A DNA stretch of 64,000 bases from Nanobdellota archaeon (GCA_038046005.1 JBBSXB010000009.1:1-64000), one strand, 5' to 3'. Shown: positions 8,449 through 18,929, counted from the stretch's first letter. Notes: generated by a model not told the origin, from the sequence alone. Numbers and translations are program-made.

Positions 8449-10167
8449 ATGCACTACAAAAAGCTGGCTGAACTTTATGAAAGTCTTAATTCAACAACAA
8501 AAAGACTTGAGAAAATTACAATTTTAGCAAAGTTTCTAGAATATTTACATGAAGATGACAAAGATGTTTTATATCTTTTATTAGGAGACATTTACCCAGA
8601 ATATGACGAAAGAAAAATTGGAATAAGCACACAGCTAGCAATAAAGGCAATTTCAAAGGCAACAGGATCAACTTCAGAAAAAGTAACAAATGAATGGAAG
8701 AAAATAGGTGATTTGGGAGAGGTTTCAAAAAAATTAACTGAATCTAAAAAACAATCAACTCTAGCCTCACATATTTTAACAACTGAGAAAGTTCTTGAAA
8801 ATTTAAGAAAACTTCCAGATCTTGTTGGAAAAGGAACAGTTGATAAAAAAATATCATTAATAACTGAGCTATTAACATCCGCAACTCCTATAGAAGCCCT
8901 CTATCTTGTTAGAACATTGTTGGCAGATTTAAGGATAGGAATAAAAGAAAGCACAATAAGAGAGGCAATGTCAGAAGCATTTTTCAAAAGGGATAAGGAA
9001 GCCTCTGAAAGAATACAGACAGCTGTAGACAACTCAAATGACATATCAAAAGTATTTGAGGCTGCAAAAAAAGGAAATTTCAAAAATCTAGATAAAATAG
9101 AAATAGAAGTTGGAAAGCCGTTGAAAGTAATGTTAGCTCAAAAAGCAACAAGCATAAAGGAAGGTTTTGAAAAAGTAGGAACACCTTGTGCTATAGAATA
9201 CAAATATGATGGATTCAGGCTTTTAATCCATAAAAAGGGAGATGATATAAAATTGTTCACAAGGCGTTTGGAAAATGTGACAAAACAATTTCCAGAAGTT
9301 GTTGGATTTATAAAAAAGTATGTTGAAGGCAATTCTTTCATCCTAGATTCAGAAGCAGTTGGATTTAATTCAAAAACAAAAGAGTATACCTCTTTTCAAC
9401 AAATAAGCCAGAGAATAAGAAGAAAATATGATATAGAAAAACTGCAGGAAAGTCTTCCTGTTGAAGTAAATGTTTTTGACATTCTTTATTACAATGGAAA
9501 ATCCTACATAAACGAGCCTTTCAAAAAAAGAACAGAATTAATAAGAAAAATAATCAAAAGCCAGCCTTACAAAATTATCCATTCAAAGCAAATAATAACT
9601 GATAGTGAAAAAGAGGCAGAAAATTTCTACAAAAAAGCCTTGAAAGACAACCAGGAAGGAATTATGTTCAAAAACCTCGATACATTTTACCAGCCAGGAA
9701 GTAGAGTAGGCCACATGCTAAAACTTAAACCCTCTGAAAAAGACCTTGACCTTGTAATAACCTCGGCAGAATACGGCACAGGAAAAAGATCAGGCTGGCT
9801 TTCTTCTTTCATTCTTTCTTGTAGGGGAGAAAAGGGATTTTTGGAAATAGGGAGAGTCGCAACAGGATTAAAAGAAAAAGCACAAGATGGAATATCTCTT
9901 GAAAATGTTTCATTTGATGAGTTAACTGAAAAACTAAAGCCATTGATAATAAAAGAAAAAGGAAAAATTGTAGAGGTTAAGCCAAAGATTGTTGTCTCTG
10001 TCACATACCAAGAAATCCAAAGATCTCCAAATTACAAATCAGGATTTGCATTAAGATTTCCAAGATTCACAGCTTTAAGACCTGACAGACATGGCGAAGA
10101 TATTGCAACATTAAAGGAAGTTGAAGAAGCCTTTGAGGCTCAGAAGAGGAATTATAAGTATGGGTAA
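8449..10167 (+). CDS. lig: ATP-dependent DNA ligase
   Basis: EYKYDGFR, EGIMFK, ALRFPRF motifs. Confidence 0.97.
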   Translation: MHYKKLAELYESLNSTTKRLEKITILAKFLEYLHEDDKDVLYLLLGDIYPEYDERKIGISTQLAIKAISKATGSTSEKVTNEWKKIGDLGEVSKKLTESKKQSTLASHILTTEKVLENLRKLPDLVGKGTVDKKISLITELLTSATPIEALYLVRTLLADLRIGIKESTIREAMSEAFFKRDKEASERIQTAVDNSNDISKVFEAAKKGNFKNLDKIEIEVGKPLKVMLAQKATSIKEGFEKVGTPCAIEYKYDGFRLLIHKKGDDIKLFTRRLENVTKQFPEVVGFIKKYVEGNSFILDSEAVGFNSKTKEYTSFQQISQRIRRKYDIEKLQESLPVEVNVFDILYYNGKSYINEPFKKRTELIRKIIKSQPYKIIHSKQIITDSEKEAENFYKKALKDNQEGIMFKNLDTFYQPGSRVGHMLKLKPSEKDLDLVITSAEYGTGKRSGWLSSFILSCRGEKGFLEIGRVATGLKEKAQDGISLENVSFDELTEKLKPLIIKEKGKIVEVKPKIVVSVTYQEIQRSPNYKSGFALRFPRFTALRPDRHGEDIATLKEVEEAFEAQKRNYKYG

Positions 10168-10170
10168 GAG

Positions 10171-10500
10171 TTATACTTTCTTTGGTTCAAACCCTGCAAC
10201 ATTTAAAGTAAAAATACTGCCATTCCAACTACACCTAGCTTTCACTTCTAATTTGTTTTGGGAATTTAAACTAACAGTTGCACCATCTTGTATGCTACAT
10301 AAAAGAGTTCTAGAAACAGGCCCTAAAGTTCCAGGCTTTCCAATGCAAATTAATTCTCCTTTTTTAAATTCATAAATTCCTTCGCCAGTATAAAAAACAT
10401 CTTCGGGCAAAACAGCTAATAAAGGACAATTAAAAGGTTTATCTCCATCTAAACTCCTCAAATATTCTCGAAACTTTGAATAGTCATTAACTTCTTTCAT
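10171..10500 (-). CDS. Hypothetical protein (likely starts MKEVND at 10500; the longer ORF overlaps tRNA-Ser)
   Basis: Distal part of ORF 10171..10662; ATG follows an AT-rich promoter-like stretch. Confidence 0.55.
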   Translation of the reverse strand: MKEVNDYSKFREYLRSLDGDKPFNCPLLAVLPEDVFYTGEGIYEFKKGELICIGKPGTLGPVSRTLLCSIQDGATVSLNSQNKLEVKARCSWNGSIFTLNVAGFEPKKV

Positions 10501-10559
10501 AAAAATTAAATTAGTTTTAAGTTTAAATTCATTATTATACTGCAGAATATTCAAAAAAA

Positions 10560-10697
10560 CGCCCCCACCAGGAGTCGAACCTGGATGCCCATAAGGCGCG
10601 GTGAACTCGGCTTCCTTCCGAAAAGGGAGAGGGTGTGAGGGAGAACCATAAGTTCTTCCCATTCGAGACCGCTACACTACCGTTGTGTGATGGAGGC
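10560..10697 (-). tRNA. tRNA-Ser(CGA) with 58-nt intron at 37/38 (10604-10661)
   Basis: GCCTCCA...GCGGT-CTCGAA[intron]C-ACCGC, variable arm, GGTTCGACTCC, TGGGGGCG; BHB helix CTCG/CGAG. Confidence 0.88.
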
Positions 10698-10747
10698 ACA
10701 AAAATCGAAATCAAAATCCTTATATATATTTATTCCTTTCAAAAAAG

Positions 10748-11131
10748 ATGAACAAAGAAATTGTCTATTTTATTATTTCGTTCTTACTGCCATTTATTTA
10801 TTATAGAACTCTTTTTCTTATTGCTTCAAGGGTTTTTGACAAACCAATACTAAGAGAAAAAACAGGCCTAAAAATCCACCATATTCATTATGGAATGATC
10901 TTAACACTAATATCAGCATTGGTATTGTTATTTGCAGGAAAAAATGTTTATGTAGTAATTTTACTTGGTTTAGGTTTAGGATTTATGTATGATGAATTTA
11001 TTCCAGCACTTCTCATGAAGTCGAAAAGATCTGATGAGCTCATAGTTTACAAAAAAGCATTCAAATCAACTTCAATTTTATTCTTAATAATTATCATTAT
11101 AATTCTAGCAGTTAGTTTAATAATTTTATGA
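10748..11131 (+). CDS. Membrane protein (HIHHIHYG-like motif)
   Basis: Four hydrophobic segments with KIHHIHYG. Confidence 0.7.
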   Translation: MNKEIVYFIISFLLPFIYYRTLFLIASRVFDKPILREKTGLKIHHIHYGMILTLISALVLLFAGKNVYVVILLGLGLGFMYDEFIPALLMKSKRSDELIVYKKAFKSTSILFLIIIIIILAVSLIIL

Positions 11132-11176
11132 CCACAAACTATTTAAACATATGAAAAATCATTCATATATCTCAAA

Positions 11177-11773
11177 ATGACACACGAATTACCAAAATTA
11201 GCATACAGTTACGATTCTTTAGAACCTTTCATAGATGCAAAGACCATGGAAGTACATTATAGCAAACACCATAAAACTTATGTTGACAAATTGAATGCTG
11301 CTTTAGAAAAACATCCTGAACTTCAAAAAAAGAAAGTTGAAGAGCTTTTGATGGATTTAAATAAAGTTCCTGAAGATATAAAGACAGCTGTAAAAAATCA
11401 TGGAGGCGGCCATTTTAATCATACTTTTTTCTGGCAGATTTTAAAGAAAGGTACAAAATGCAAAGCTGAAATTGAAAAAGCAATAATAAAAAAATTCGGA
11501 AGTTTTGATGAATTTAAAAAACAATTTTCAGATAAAGCAACAACATTATTCGGCAGTGGTTGGGTATGGTTAGTTTTAAACAAAAAAGAACTCGAGATTT
11601 TACAAACTTCAAACCAAGATTCTCCAATAAGCCAAAATAAAACCCCATTGATAGCTCTAGATGTTTGGGAACATGCATATTATTTAAAATATCAAAACCG
11701 AAGAGCAGAATATATCGAAGCTTTCTTTAACGTAATTAATTGGGACAAGGTTAATGAATTCTTTAAAAAATAA
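11177..11773 (+). CDS. sod: Fe/Mn superoxide dismutase
   Basis: [23 protein letters not shown]. Confidence 0.97.
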   Translation: MTHELPKLAYSYDSLEPFIDAKTMEVHYSKHHKTYVDKLNAALEKHPELQKKKVEELLMDLNKVPEDIKTAVKNHGGGHFNHTFFWQILKKGTKCKAEIEKAIIKKFGSFDEFKKQFSDKATTLFGSGWVWLVLNKKELEILQTSNQDSPISQNKTPLIALDVWEHAYYLKYQNRRAEYIEAFFNVINWDKVNEFFKK

Positions 11774-13193
11774 ATCAGTTATAATGAAAAACTCTCAAGA
11801 AACAATTGATATAAATAGGGAAAGGTATGACCACTACAATCCAGAGGACCTTAAATTTAGGTCAAAACCCGGGATAAATGAAAATTTGATAAGAGAAATA
11901 TCAAAAGACAAAAAAGAGCCAGAATGGATGTTAAAAAAAAGGTTAGAGGGATTGAAACTTTTTAATGAAATAAAAATTCCAAACTGGGGCCCTGATCTTT
12001 CTGACCTGAATATTAATGAAATATCATTGTACATAAAACCAAATGCGAAAAGAAACTCTGAAAATTGGAATGATGTTCCTGAAGAAATAAAAAACACTTT
12101 TGAAAAGCTCGGAATCCCGCAAGCTGAAAGAGAAGTTTTGGCAGGAGTTGGAGCACAATATGAAAGTGAAGTTGTTTATCATAATCTGAAAAAAGAACTG
12201 AAAGACCAAGGAGTTATTTTCATAGATTGTGATGAGGCATTGAAAGAACATGAAGAGCTTTTCAAAAAATATTTCATGACAACATGCATTCCTCCAAATT
12301 TGCATAAGTTCACAGCATTGCACGCAGCTGTATGGAGTGGAGGAACTTTTATTTATATTCCAAAAGGAGTAAAATTAAAAGAACCACTGCACGCTTACTT
12401 CAGAATGAATGCAAAAAAAGCAGGCCAATTTGAACACACATTAATCATCGCTGATGAAGGCTCTGATCTTCATTATATTGAAGGATGTTCTGCCCCAGTA
12501 TATTCTAAAAACTCACTTCATGCAGGAGGAGTCGAAATTCACGTATTAAAAGGAGCAAGAGTTCGTTATACTTCAATTGAAAACTGGAGTAAAAACACAT
12601 ATAATCTAAACACAAAAAGAGCAATTGTCCATGAAAACGGAATAATTGAATGGGTAAATGGAAATTTAGGAAGTAAAGTAACAATGTTATATCCTTGCAG
12701 TGTTTTAATAGGAAAAAATTCAAAATCAGATTATATTGGGATAGCTTATGCTGGGCAAGGACAATATCAAGATACAGGATGCAAAGTGATTCATCTGGCT
12801 CCAAATACCTCATCAACAATTTTAAGCAAAGGGATAAGTAAAAATGGAGGAATTAGTTCTTACAGAGGGCTAATAAAAATTCCAAAAGGATCAACAAACT
12901 CAAAATCAAGTGTAAGATGTGATGGACTGATGCTGGACAATTTAAGCAAGGCTTTAACATTTCCAAGCATGGAAGTTGGAGAAAATGAAGTTGAAGTTGC
13001 GCACGAAGCAGCAATTGGAAAAATAGGGGAAGAACAATTATTCTATTTGATGTCAAGAGGTTTAAGTGAGCAAGATGCAATAAAAATAATTGTCTCAGGA
13101 TTTATAGAGCCAGTAATAAAACTCTTGCCTTTGGAATATGCTGTTGAATTAAATAAATTAATAGAGTTGGAGATAGAAAACTCTGTATGTTAA
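11754..13193 (+). CDS. sufB: Fe-S cluster assembly protein SufB (start likely 11784)
   Basis: [43 protein letters not shown]. Confidence 0.95.
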   Translation: MNSLKNKSVIMKNSQETIDINRERYDHYNPEDLKFRSKPGINENLIREISKDKKEPEWMLKKRLEGLKLFNEIKIPNWGPDLSDLNINEISLYIKPNAKRNSENWNDVPEEIKNTFEKLGIPQAEREVLAGVGAQYESEVVYHNLKKELKDQGVIFIDCDEALKEHEELFKKYFMTTCIPPNLHKFTALHAAVWSGGTFIYIPKGVKLKEPLHAYFRMNAKKAGQFEHTLIIADEGSDLHYIEGCSAPVYSKNSLHAGGVEIHVLKGARVRYTSIENWSKNTYNLNTKRAIVHENGIIEWVNGNLGSKVTMLYPCSVLIGKNSKSDYIGIAYAGQGQYQDTGCKVIHLAPNTSSTILSKGISKNGGISSYRGLIKIPKGSTNSKSSVRCDGLMLDNLSKALTFPSMEVGENEVEVAHEAAIGKIGEEQLFYLMSRGLSEQDAIKIIVSGFIEPVIKLLPLEYAVELNKLIELEIENSVC

Positions 13194-13589
13194 ATGGAAA
13201 AATCACTTTACAAGGAAGAACTTCTTGAAATTTATTCTGAAAAACCAAACTATGGAAAACTTAAAGGCAAAACTCATGAGCTAAAGCAAAGAAATCCAAT
13301 TTGTGATGATGAAATAACTCTAGAATTAAAAATAAAAGACAATAAGATAATTGACGCAAAGTTTCATGGAGTAAATTGTTTTGTGACAACTGTTTCATCA
13401 TCTGTTTTAACTGAAAAAATAAAAGGAATGAAAATTGAACAGGCTTTAAAGTTGACAAAAAAAGATATTGATGAGTGGCTTGGAATAAAAATAACACCGG
13501 GAAGGATAAGATGTGAACTTTTAGCTTTGGATGCTTTAAAAAAATTAAAAATAGATGTAAAAAACAATGCTAGAAATAAAAAATCTTAA
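13194..13589 (+). CDS. sufU: SufU/IscU-like scaffold protein
   Basis: NPICDDEI, FHGVNC, PGRIRC: three conserved Cys. Confidence 0.85.
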   Translation: MEKSLYKEELLEIYSEKPNYGKLKGKTHELKQRNPICDDEITLELKIKDNKIIDAKFHGVNCFVTTVSSSVLTEKIKGMKIEQALKLTKKDIDEWLGIKITPGRIRCELLALDALKKLKIDVKNNARNKKS

Positions 13590-14304
13590 AGTTGAAATAG
13601 AAGGAAAAGAAATTCTTAAAGGAATTAACTTAAAGCTTGAAGATGGAAAAATACATGCATTAATGGGGCCAAATGGAAGTGGAAAAAGCACTCTTGCATT
13701 GGCTCTAATGAATCATCCTAAATACAAAATAACTTCAGGAAAAATTATTCTTAATGGAAAAGATATAACAAACCTCTCGCCAGATGAAAAAGCAAAAAAA
13801 GGATTATTTTTATCTTTCCAAAACCCCCAAGAAATTGATGGAGTAACAGTTTACAATTTTTTGAGACAAGCCTTAAATTCTGTAAGCAAAGAAAAAGTTT
13901 CAATTTTCGAATTCAGAAAATTAATTGAAAAAAAAGCAGAAGAGTTAGGATTAGAAAAAGAATTTTTGCTGAGATACGTGAACGCAGGATTTTCTGGCGG
14001 AGAAAAAAAGAAATCAGAGATATTGCAGATGTTTGTACTTGATCCCAGCATAGCTATACTTGACGAAACAGACTCTGGCCTTGACATTGACTCTCTAAAA
14101 ACAATATCTGAAGGAATAAAAAAATTCACAAAAAAAGGAAAAATATCTCTGATAATAACTCACTACAAAAGAATGTTGGAATATCTTAAGCCAGATAAAA
14201 TATTCATAATGAGTGATGGAAAAATAGCCCTTGAAGGAGATAAAACCCTTGCAGATGAATTGGAAAAGAAAGGATATAAGGGTGTGCTGAGTGGGAAAGG
14301 TTAG
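13567..14304 (+). CDS. sufC: Fe-S cluster assembly ATPase SufC
   Basis: GPNGSGKST, GFSGGEKK, LDETDSGLDID. Confidence 0.96.
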   Translation: MLEIKNLKVEIEGKEILKGINLKLEDGKIHALMGPNGSGKSTLALALMNHPKYKITSGKIILNGKDITNLSPDEKAKKGLFLSFQNPQEIDGVTVYNFLRQALNSVSKEKVSIFEFRKLIEKKAEELGLEKEFLLRYVNAGFSGGEKKKSEILQMFVLDPSIAILDETDSGLDIDSLKTISEGIKKFTKKGKISLIITHYKRMLEYLKPDKIFIMSDGKIALEGDKTLADELEKKGYKGVLSGKG

Positions 14305-15458
14305 TTAGTCAAAAGTTCTTTTATAGAACTTAATCCAGTTTCAATATCTCTCTTCAATCTGTCTATATTTTCTCTTATATAATCACTAGCATTATCTATC
14401 TGTGTTAATTTAGTCTGAATATTCTTAAAGTCTAACAATTTCATTTGCAGTCCTTCGACTTGCTTTTGAATTTCATCTACAGGAATTGCTTTCTTGTTAA
14501 CTTCTCCATTTCTCTCAACAAATAATCTTGCAACTCTATAAGCAAAGTAAAGACCATAATTATCGAAAGAGGTGATAATATAATTGTTAGTAATCTTCAT
14601 TGGTGCTAAAGCCGTTGGAATTTGAGATTGAGACTTGAATAAAAATATACCAAACTTAGCGCTTCTGTTTTCTATTGCATCATTAATTTCATCAATGGTT
14701 TTTTTATGGGAGTAAGCTGAGCTATCTTTACACTCAATGATAACTCTTTTGTTTTCATCTCCATCAATATCAACAGCTATATCTCCTATTTTATTATTTT
14801 TACCCAAATTTTCTCCAACAAAAGCGATTATATCTTCGTACTCCGAACAAAAGTCCTCAATTGATTCAAGAACAACTTCTTCAAATTTGCTTCCCTTTAA
14901 TGTTGTTTTTTCCATCATTTCCCCAGTAGCTTTTTCTTTTATTAATTCGTCTCTTAAATCTTGTATCTTTTTGAAAATCTCTTCTTTCAACTTATTAATA
15001 GGAGAGCCCTCTTCAAAAGGACTTAATAAATCGCTAATCTTACCTTTCCTTTTATCAAAATAATCTTCAAACAACACCCTCATTTTTCCTAAAGAACTGG
15101 AGTTGCTATCAACATCAAGTGTTTTTTCAATCATATTTTTAATGTCTTTTGATTGATTTTCAGAACTCTTTAACAATTCTCTAAATTCTTTCTCAAGATT
15201 ATTCTTAATATCTTTTGACTGACTCTCCAATCCCTTCAATACTTCTTTAAACTCTTTCTCAATATAATCGACATTTTCAGTCAAGTAAAGATTTCTTAAT
15301 CCTATCGCACCTATTATGATTGCTTTTTTAATAAAATCCTCTCTTTTATCCTCTTTAATGTCTTTTAGAATTTTGGAAGTATTTGAATCATTAATAATAA
15401 GATTGTTAATAAGTATGGATTCGTTCTCTACTTTAACTTTTTTGTCTTGCTCGTTCAT
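14301..15458 (-). CDS. Coiled-coil PD-(D/E)xK nuclease-like protein (RmuC/DUF2130-like)
   Basis: Long coiled coils flanking KGSKFEE...GDIAV...VIIECKD. Confidence 0.6.
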   Translation of the reverse strand: MNEQDKKVKVENESILINNLIINDSNTSKILKDIKEDKREDFIKKAIIIGAIGLRNLYLTENVDYIEKEFKEVLKGLESQSKDIKNNLEKEFRELLKSSENQSKDIKNMIEKTLDVDSNSSSLGKMRVLFEDYFDKRKGKISDLLSPFEEGSPINKLKEEIFKKIQDLRDELIKEKATGEMMEKTTLKGSKFEEVVLESIEDFCSEYEDIIAFVGENLGKNNKIGDIAVDIDGDENKRVIIECKDSSAYSHKKTIDEINDAIENRSAKFGIFLFKSQSQIPTALAPMKITNNYIITSFDNYGLYFAYRVARLFVERNGEVNKKAIPVDEIQKQVEGLQMKLLDFKNIQTKLTQIDNASDYIRENIDRLKRDIETGLSSIKELLTN

Positions 15459-15579
15459 AAAATACCCATTAAGAAAGGGCTTAAAAATTTATCTATTAAG
15501 TATCCATAATCCTCAAAAACCCCTTTAAAAAGCTTTATAAAGCATCTTCGACATAATTTTATCATCTTAGAATAATAAA

Positions 15580-16146
15580 ATGTCATCTCAAAAATCCAAA
15601 AGCAACTATAAAATACAGAATATCGTTGCCACAACTTCTTTAGAAAAGCCAATTCCTTTGACTAAATTAGCAAGGACACAGCCTAACACAGAATACAATC
15701 CAGAGACATTCCCAGGCCTTGTTTTAAGGGTTAAAGAGCCAAAATCAGCTGTTTTAGTCTTCTCTTCAGGTAATTTAGTGTGCACGGGGACAAAATCAAT
15801 AGCACAAGTCAAAGAAGTAATACAGGCAGTAATAAAACAACTAAGAAAGATAAATGTCAACATTACAATAAAGCCAAAAATAACTGTCCAAAACATAGTC
15901 GCTTCAGGCTCAATAGACCTAAAACTTAACCTTAATTTCTTAGGATTGGAAATGGAAAACACAGAATACGAGCCAGAGCAATTTCCGGGCCTTGTTTACA
16001 AACTAGCAGAACCGAACGCAACATTCCTTTTATTTAGTAATGGAAAACTTGTATGCACAGGAACAAAAAATAGGCAGCAATTGGAAGATTCCATGGATCA
16101 GCTTTTAAGAAACGTAAAGGCTGCATTGAAGAATTACGAGAAATAA
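15580..16146 (+). CDS. tbp: TATA-box binding protein
   Basis: Two repeats of QNIVA...EY(N/E)PE(T/Q)FPGLV...FS(S/N)G(N/K)LVCTG. Confidence 0.97.
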   Translation: MSSQKSKSNYKIQNIVATTSLEKPIPLTKLARTQPNTEYNPETFPGLVLRVKEPKSAVLVFSSGNLVCTGTKSIAQVKEVIQAVIKQLRKINVNITIKPKITVQNIVASGSIDLKLNLNFLGLEMENTEYEPEQFPGLVYKLAEPNATFLLFSNGKLVCTGTKNRQQLEDSMDQLLRNVKAALKNYEK

Positions 16147-16171
16147 AAATAAAAAAGAAAAATTAAAATAA

Positions 16172-16765
16172 TTACAAGTTTAGCTTTATTCCTGTTGAGA
16201 ATTCTGGTGGATTTTGCCAAGGATATTTTTCCCCTCTAACGACTACAGATAAATCTTTTGCAATCTTAAAAGATCCTTCCAATTCTCCACTTGGAGTAAT
16301 TTTTCCACTTTTGTAGTCTAAATCCACCCATCCTTCTAAGCCAAGAGCCTTATAATTCGTAGAAGCATAAATTCCTAATTGAGAACCAAGTTTTCTAGAA
16401 GTTTCAATTGGTGAGAATTTAGCATCTAAAAATATTGGACCAACTTGTTTTGTGTAAGATACTTGAGGCCTGAGAATATCTCTTACACCAATGCCTCCGT
16501 TATACTCAGCTCCTACGGCAAATCCTTTTCCAAAAGATTTTCTTACTCTAGCTTCTCCATACATAGACTCAAAGTCAAAGTTCTTATCTCCATAAAGGTT
16601 AAGGAACCCATAGGCATTCTTTGTCCCTCTCTGAAGCTTGACAGTTGAGGTATTGTCAGTCTTGTAAGTAGCTGTAGCATTTTGCCATTGAGCACTAGCT
16701 AAAGTTGGAACAGCTGATAAAGCCAAAGCTATAACAACATTTCTTATTGTTTTGTTCATTTTCAT
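16172..16765 (-). CDS. Secreted beta-strand-rich protein (outer-membrane beta-barrel/DUF5020-like)
   Basis: Signal peptide ending ASA, alternating amphipathic strands, AEYNGG motif, C-terminal FSTGIKLNL. Confidence 0.55.
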   Translation of the reverse strand: MKMNKTIRNVVIALALSAVPTLASAQWQNATATYKTDNTSTVKLQRGTKNAYGFLNLYGDKNFDFESMYGEARVRKSFGKGFAVGAEYNGGIGVRDILRPQVSYTKQVGPIFLDAKFSPIETSRKLGSQLGIYASTNYKALGLEGWVDLDYKSGKITPSGELEGSFKIAKDLSVVVRGEKYPWQNPPEFSTGIKLNL

Positions 16766-16908
16766 CTTATTTTTCTCCTTTGATTTATTTAAGTAAAAAA
16801 CGACTATGTCGCTTTTGTATTTACTTAATAATAGTATCAGATTTAACTATATAAATAATAACTCTCCTAAAAAAGAGAGTTTAAATACTATGGACTGTTC
16901 AGTGTATT

Positions 16909-17625
16909 ATGGACACAAGTGTTCTGGAAGAGATAGGGTTGAACAAAGGCGAAGCAAAAGTATATCTTGCTCTTTTAGAATTAGGTGAGTCAAAAGTAGG
17001 TCCAATAATAGACAAGTCAGGATTAGTAAGTTCTGTTGTTCATGTAAATATAAACAAACTGGTTGAAAATGGGTTGGCCTCTTATATTAAAAAAGGTAAA
17101 ATTAAATTTTATAAAGCTGTTTCTCCAAAACAGATTCTTGATTTTATAAAAGAAAAAGAAAAGAAACTCCTAGAGATTATTCCTTTTTTAGAGGAAAAAC
17201 AGAAAAAATCAGAAGGCAAGGAAGAAGCAGAGATATTTGAAGGGATTAAAGGAATAACATCAATGCTAAATCTTATTATTGAAAATTCAAAAAAAGGTGA
17301 AGAATTTTTCCTTTTTGCAACAGATATGGAAGAAAAACAAAAAGAAATACAAGAATTCTGGGAAAAATATGACTTGAAAAGAAAAGAAAAAAGGCTTATA
17401 GTCAAAGGCATAGCCCCAAAAAAACTAAGACATTTGTTCGCAAAAAGAGAAGTATTAAAAATGAAGTACACAAACTCTCCTCTTTTATCAAGCATAACTA
17501 TATTCCAAGACAAAGTTGCAACTATATCTTTTGGCGAAAAACCTGTGGGATATTTGATAAAATCAAAGCAAGTATCAGAAATGTACAAAAATTACTTTAG
17601 GAAAATGTGGAAATCAATAAAATAA
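16909..17625 (+). CDS. TrmB-family transcriptional regulator
   Basis: LEEIGLNKGEAKVYLALLELG, IFEGIKGI. Confidence 0.88.
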   Translation: MDTSVLEEIGLNKGEAKVYLALLELGESKVGPIIDKSGLVSSVVHVNINKLVENGLASYIKKGKIKFYKAVSPKQILDFIKEKEKKLLEIIPFLEEKQKKSEGKEEAEIFEGIKGITSMLNLIIENSKKGEEFFLFATDMEEKQKEIQEFWEKYDLKRKEKRLIVKGIAPKKLRHLFAKREVLKMKYTNSPLLSSITIFQDKVATISFGEKPVGYLIKSKQVSEMYKNYFRKMWKSIK

Positions 17626-17660
17626 TCGTTCTCTACAACATATAATTTTATAAATAATTA

Positions 17661-18149
17661 TTGATAATAAAAATCATGAAAACACTTCCAACAATTATTT
17701 TAGCAACAGGATTATCAATACTTCCTGCAACAAAACAAGGAAATGCTGGAGTTGGAATTCCGGGAAATGTTGGATATTCTAATACAAATTCTTCCTCATC
17801 AAATTTACTTTACGGAAAAACCGAATTCAAAGGAATAGTCCAAGAAGAATATTTAGAACGTGTCTCTGGAGATAGCCTAAAAATTACTCATGATTATCTT
17901 ATAACAGTCCAAAAAGGAGATAATTTATCCGTCATAGCTGATAGAATAAACAGTTTAAACAGAATGAGAGCAGAGTATCCTTTTCCAAGCAAGATTTCAT
18001 GGCCAGATGTTTATAACACCAACTATATTTATGGGTCAGATAATATTTCTGATCCAGACAAAATTTATCCTGGGCAAAGGATATTTTTTAAAACTGAGCA
18101 TGAAATCCCTGTTTTTCATCACTTTCAGGGATTACGGGTTGGATCTTAG
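17661..18149 (+). CDS. Secreted LysM-domain protein (ATG start likely 17696)
   Basis: ITVQKGDNLSVIA...ISDPDKIYPGQRI; N-terminal signal-like segment. Confidence 0.75.
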   Translation: MIIKIMKTLPTIILATGLSILPATKQGNAGVGIPGNVGYSNTNSSSSNLLYGKTEFKGIVQEEYLERVSGDSLKITHDYLITVQKGDNLSVIADRINSLNRMRAEYPFPSKISWPDVYNTNYIYGSDNISDPDKIYPGQRIFFKTEHEIPVFHHFQGLRVGS

Positions 18150-18178
18150 TAAAACATTCACCCTCTTTCAAGAATAAA

Positions 18179-18811
18179 CTAATAGTTATTAACTGAATCA
18201 GAAGAATCTTTTTTTCTAACTACCTCCACATTATCAGTAAACCAATTAGTTTTTTGGTTCAATCTGTAAATTCCCCAGAGATATGTTTTATAATTTACGT
18301 TTGCCTTAGTCATTATTGGATGCATATCGTTAAATCTAATTGCATCACTAAATTCATTTTGTTGGAAAATAACCTCATCCACAGGTTTGTTATCATTTAA
18401 AGGTCTGCAAGAGTAAGATCTAAAGTCCAGAGGCCCATTAAGAACATCATCAAGAGTATAATTAGCTCTATATGGAACTTCCAAACAACCACAACCTTTA
18501 TCGACATATTCATACAATTGTCCGTCCGCCCTCCTGACTTTTAGCGAGCAATCGCAAGTAAAAGTATTTCTTTTAACACTAAATTCCGCTTCATCTTCTA
18601 AAAATTTTCCTTTAAAACCATATCTTTTCATTAAATCTACTTCCATGCGCTTATTACTCTGATACCATAAAGGAAGACTAAACCCCAGTGTTATGGCCAC
18701 AGCCATGAGAAAGATATATCTAAATTTAGTCGTTTTTATTTCTTCATTATTTACTTTAGATTTCAAATTAGACGGAAAGACCCCATTCGGATCATATTCA
18801 TATTGTTTCAT
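18179..18811 (-). CDS. Hypothetical membrane-anchored protein
   Basis: One TM helix, Cys-containing soluble domain. Confidence 0.65.
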   Translation of the reverse strand: MKQYEYDPNGVFPSNLKSKVNNEEIKTTKFRYIFLMAVAITLGFSLPLWYQSNKRMEVDLMKRYGFKGKFLEDEAEFSVKRNTFTCDCSLKVRRADGQLYEYVDKGCGCLEVPYRANYTLDDVLNGPLDFRSYSCRPLNDNKPVDEVIFQQNEFSDAIRFNDMHPIMTKANVNYKTYLWGIYRLNQKTNWFTDNVEVVRKKDSSDSVNNY

Positions 18812-18929
18812 TTTTTTGTCCTAATAATTTAAGGTAAAATTAAAGAATTGAAACAGTATAAGAAACTTTCTAGCATTTTTTCATTCAAATAGGTAATTTT
18901 AAATAGTTACTATTCCTTTTTGGCTTATA

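Noticed and set aside
10501-10662. N-terminal extension of ORF 10171..10662
   Set aside because: It overlaps tRNA-Ser and its intron; the real start is more likely 10500.
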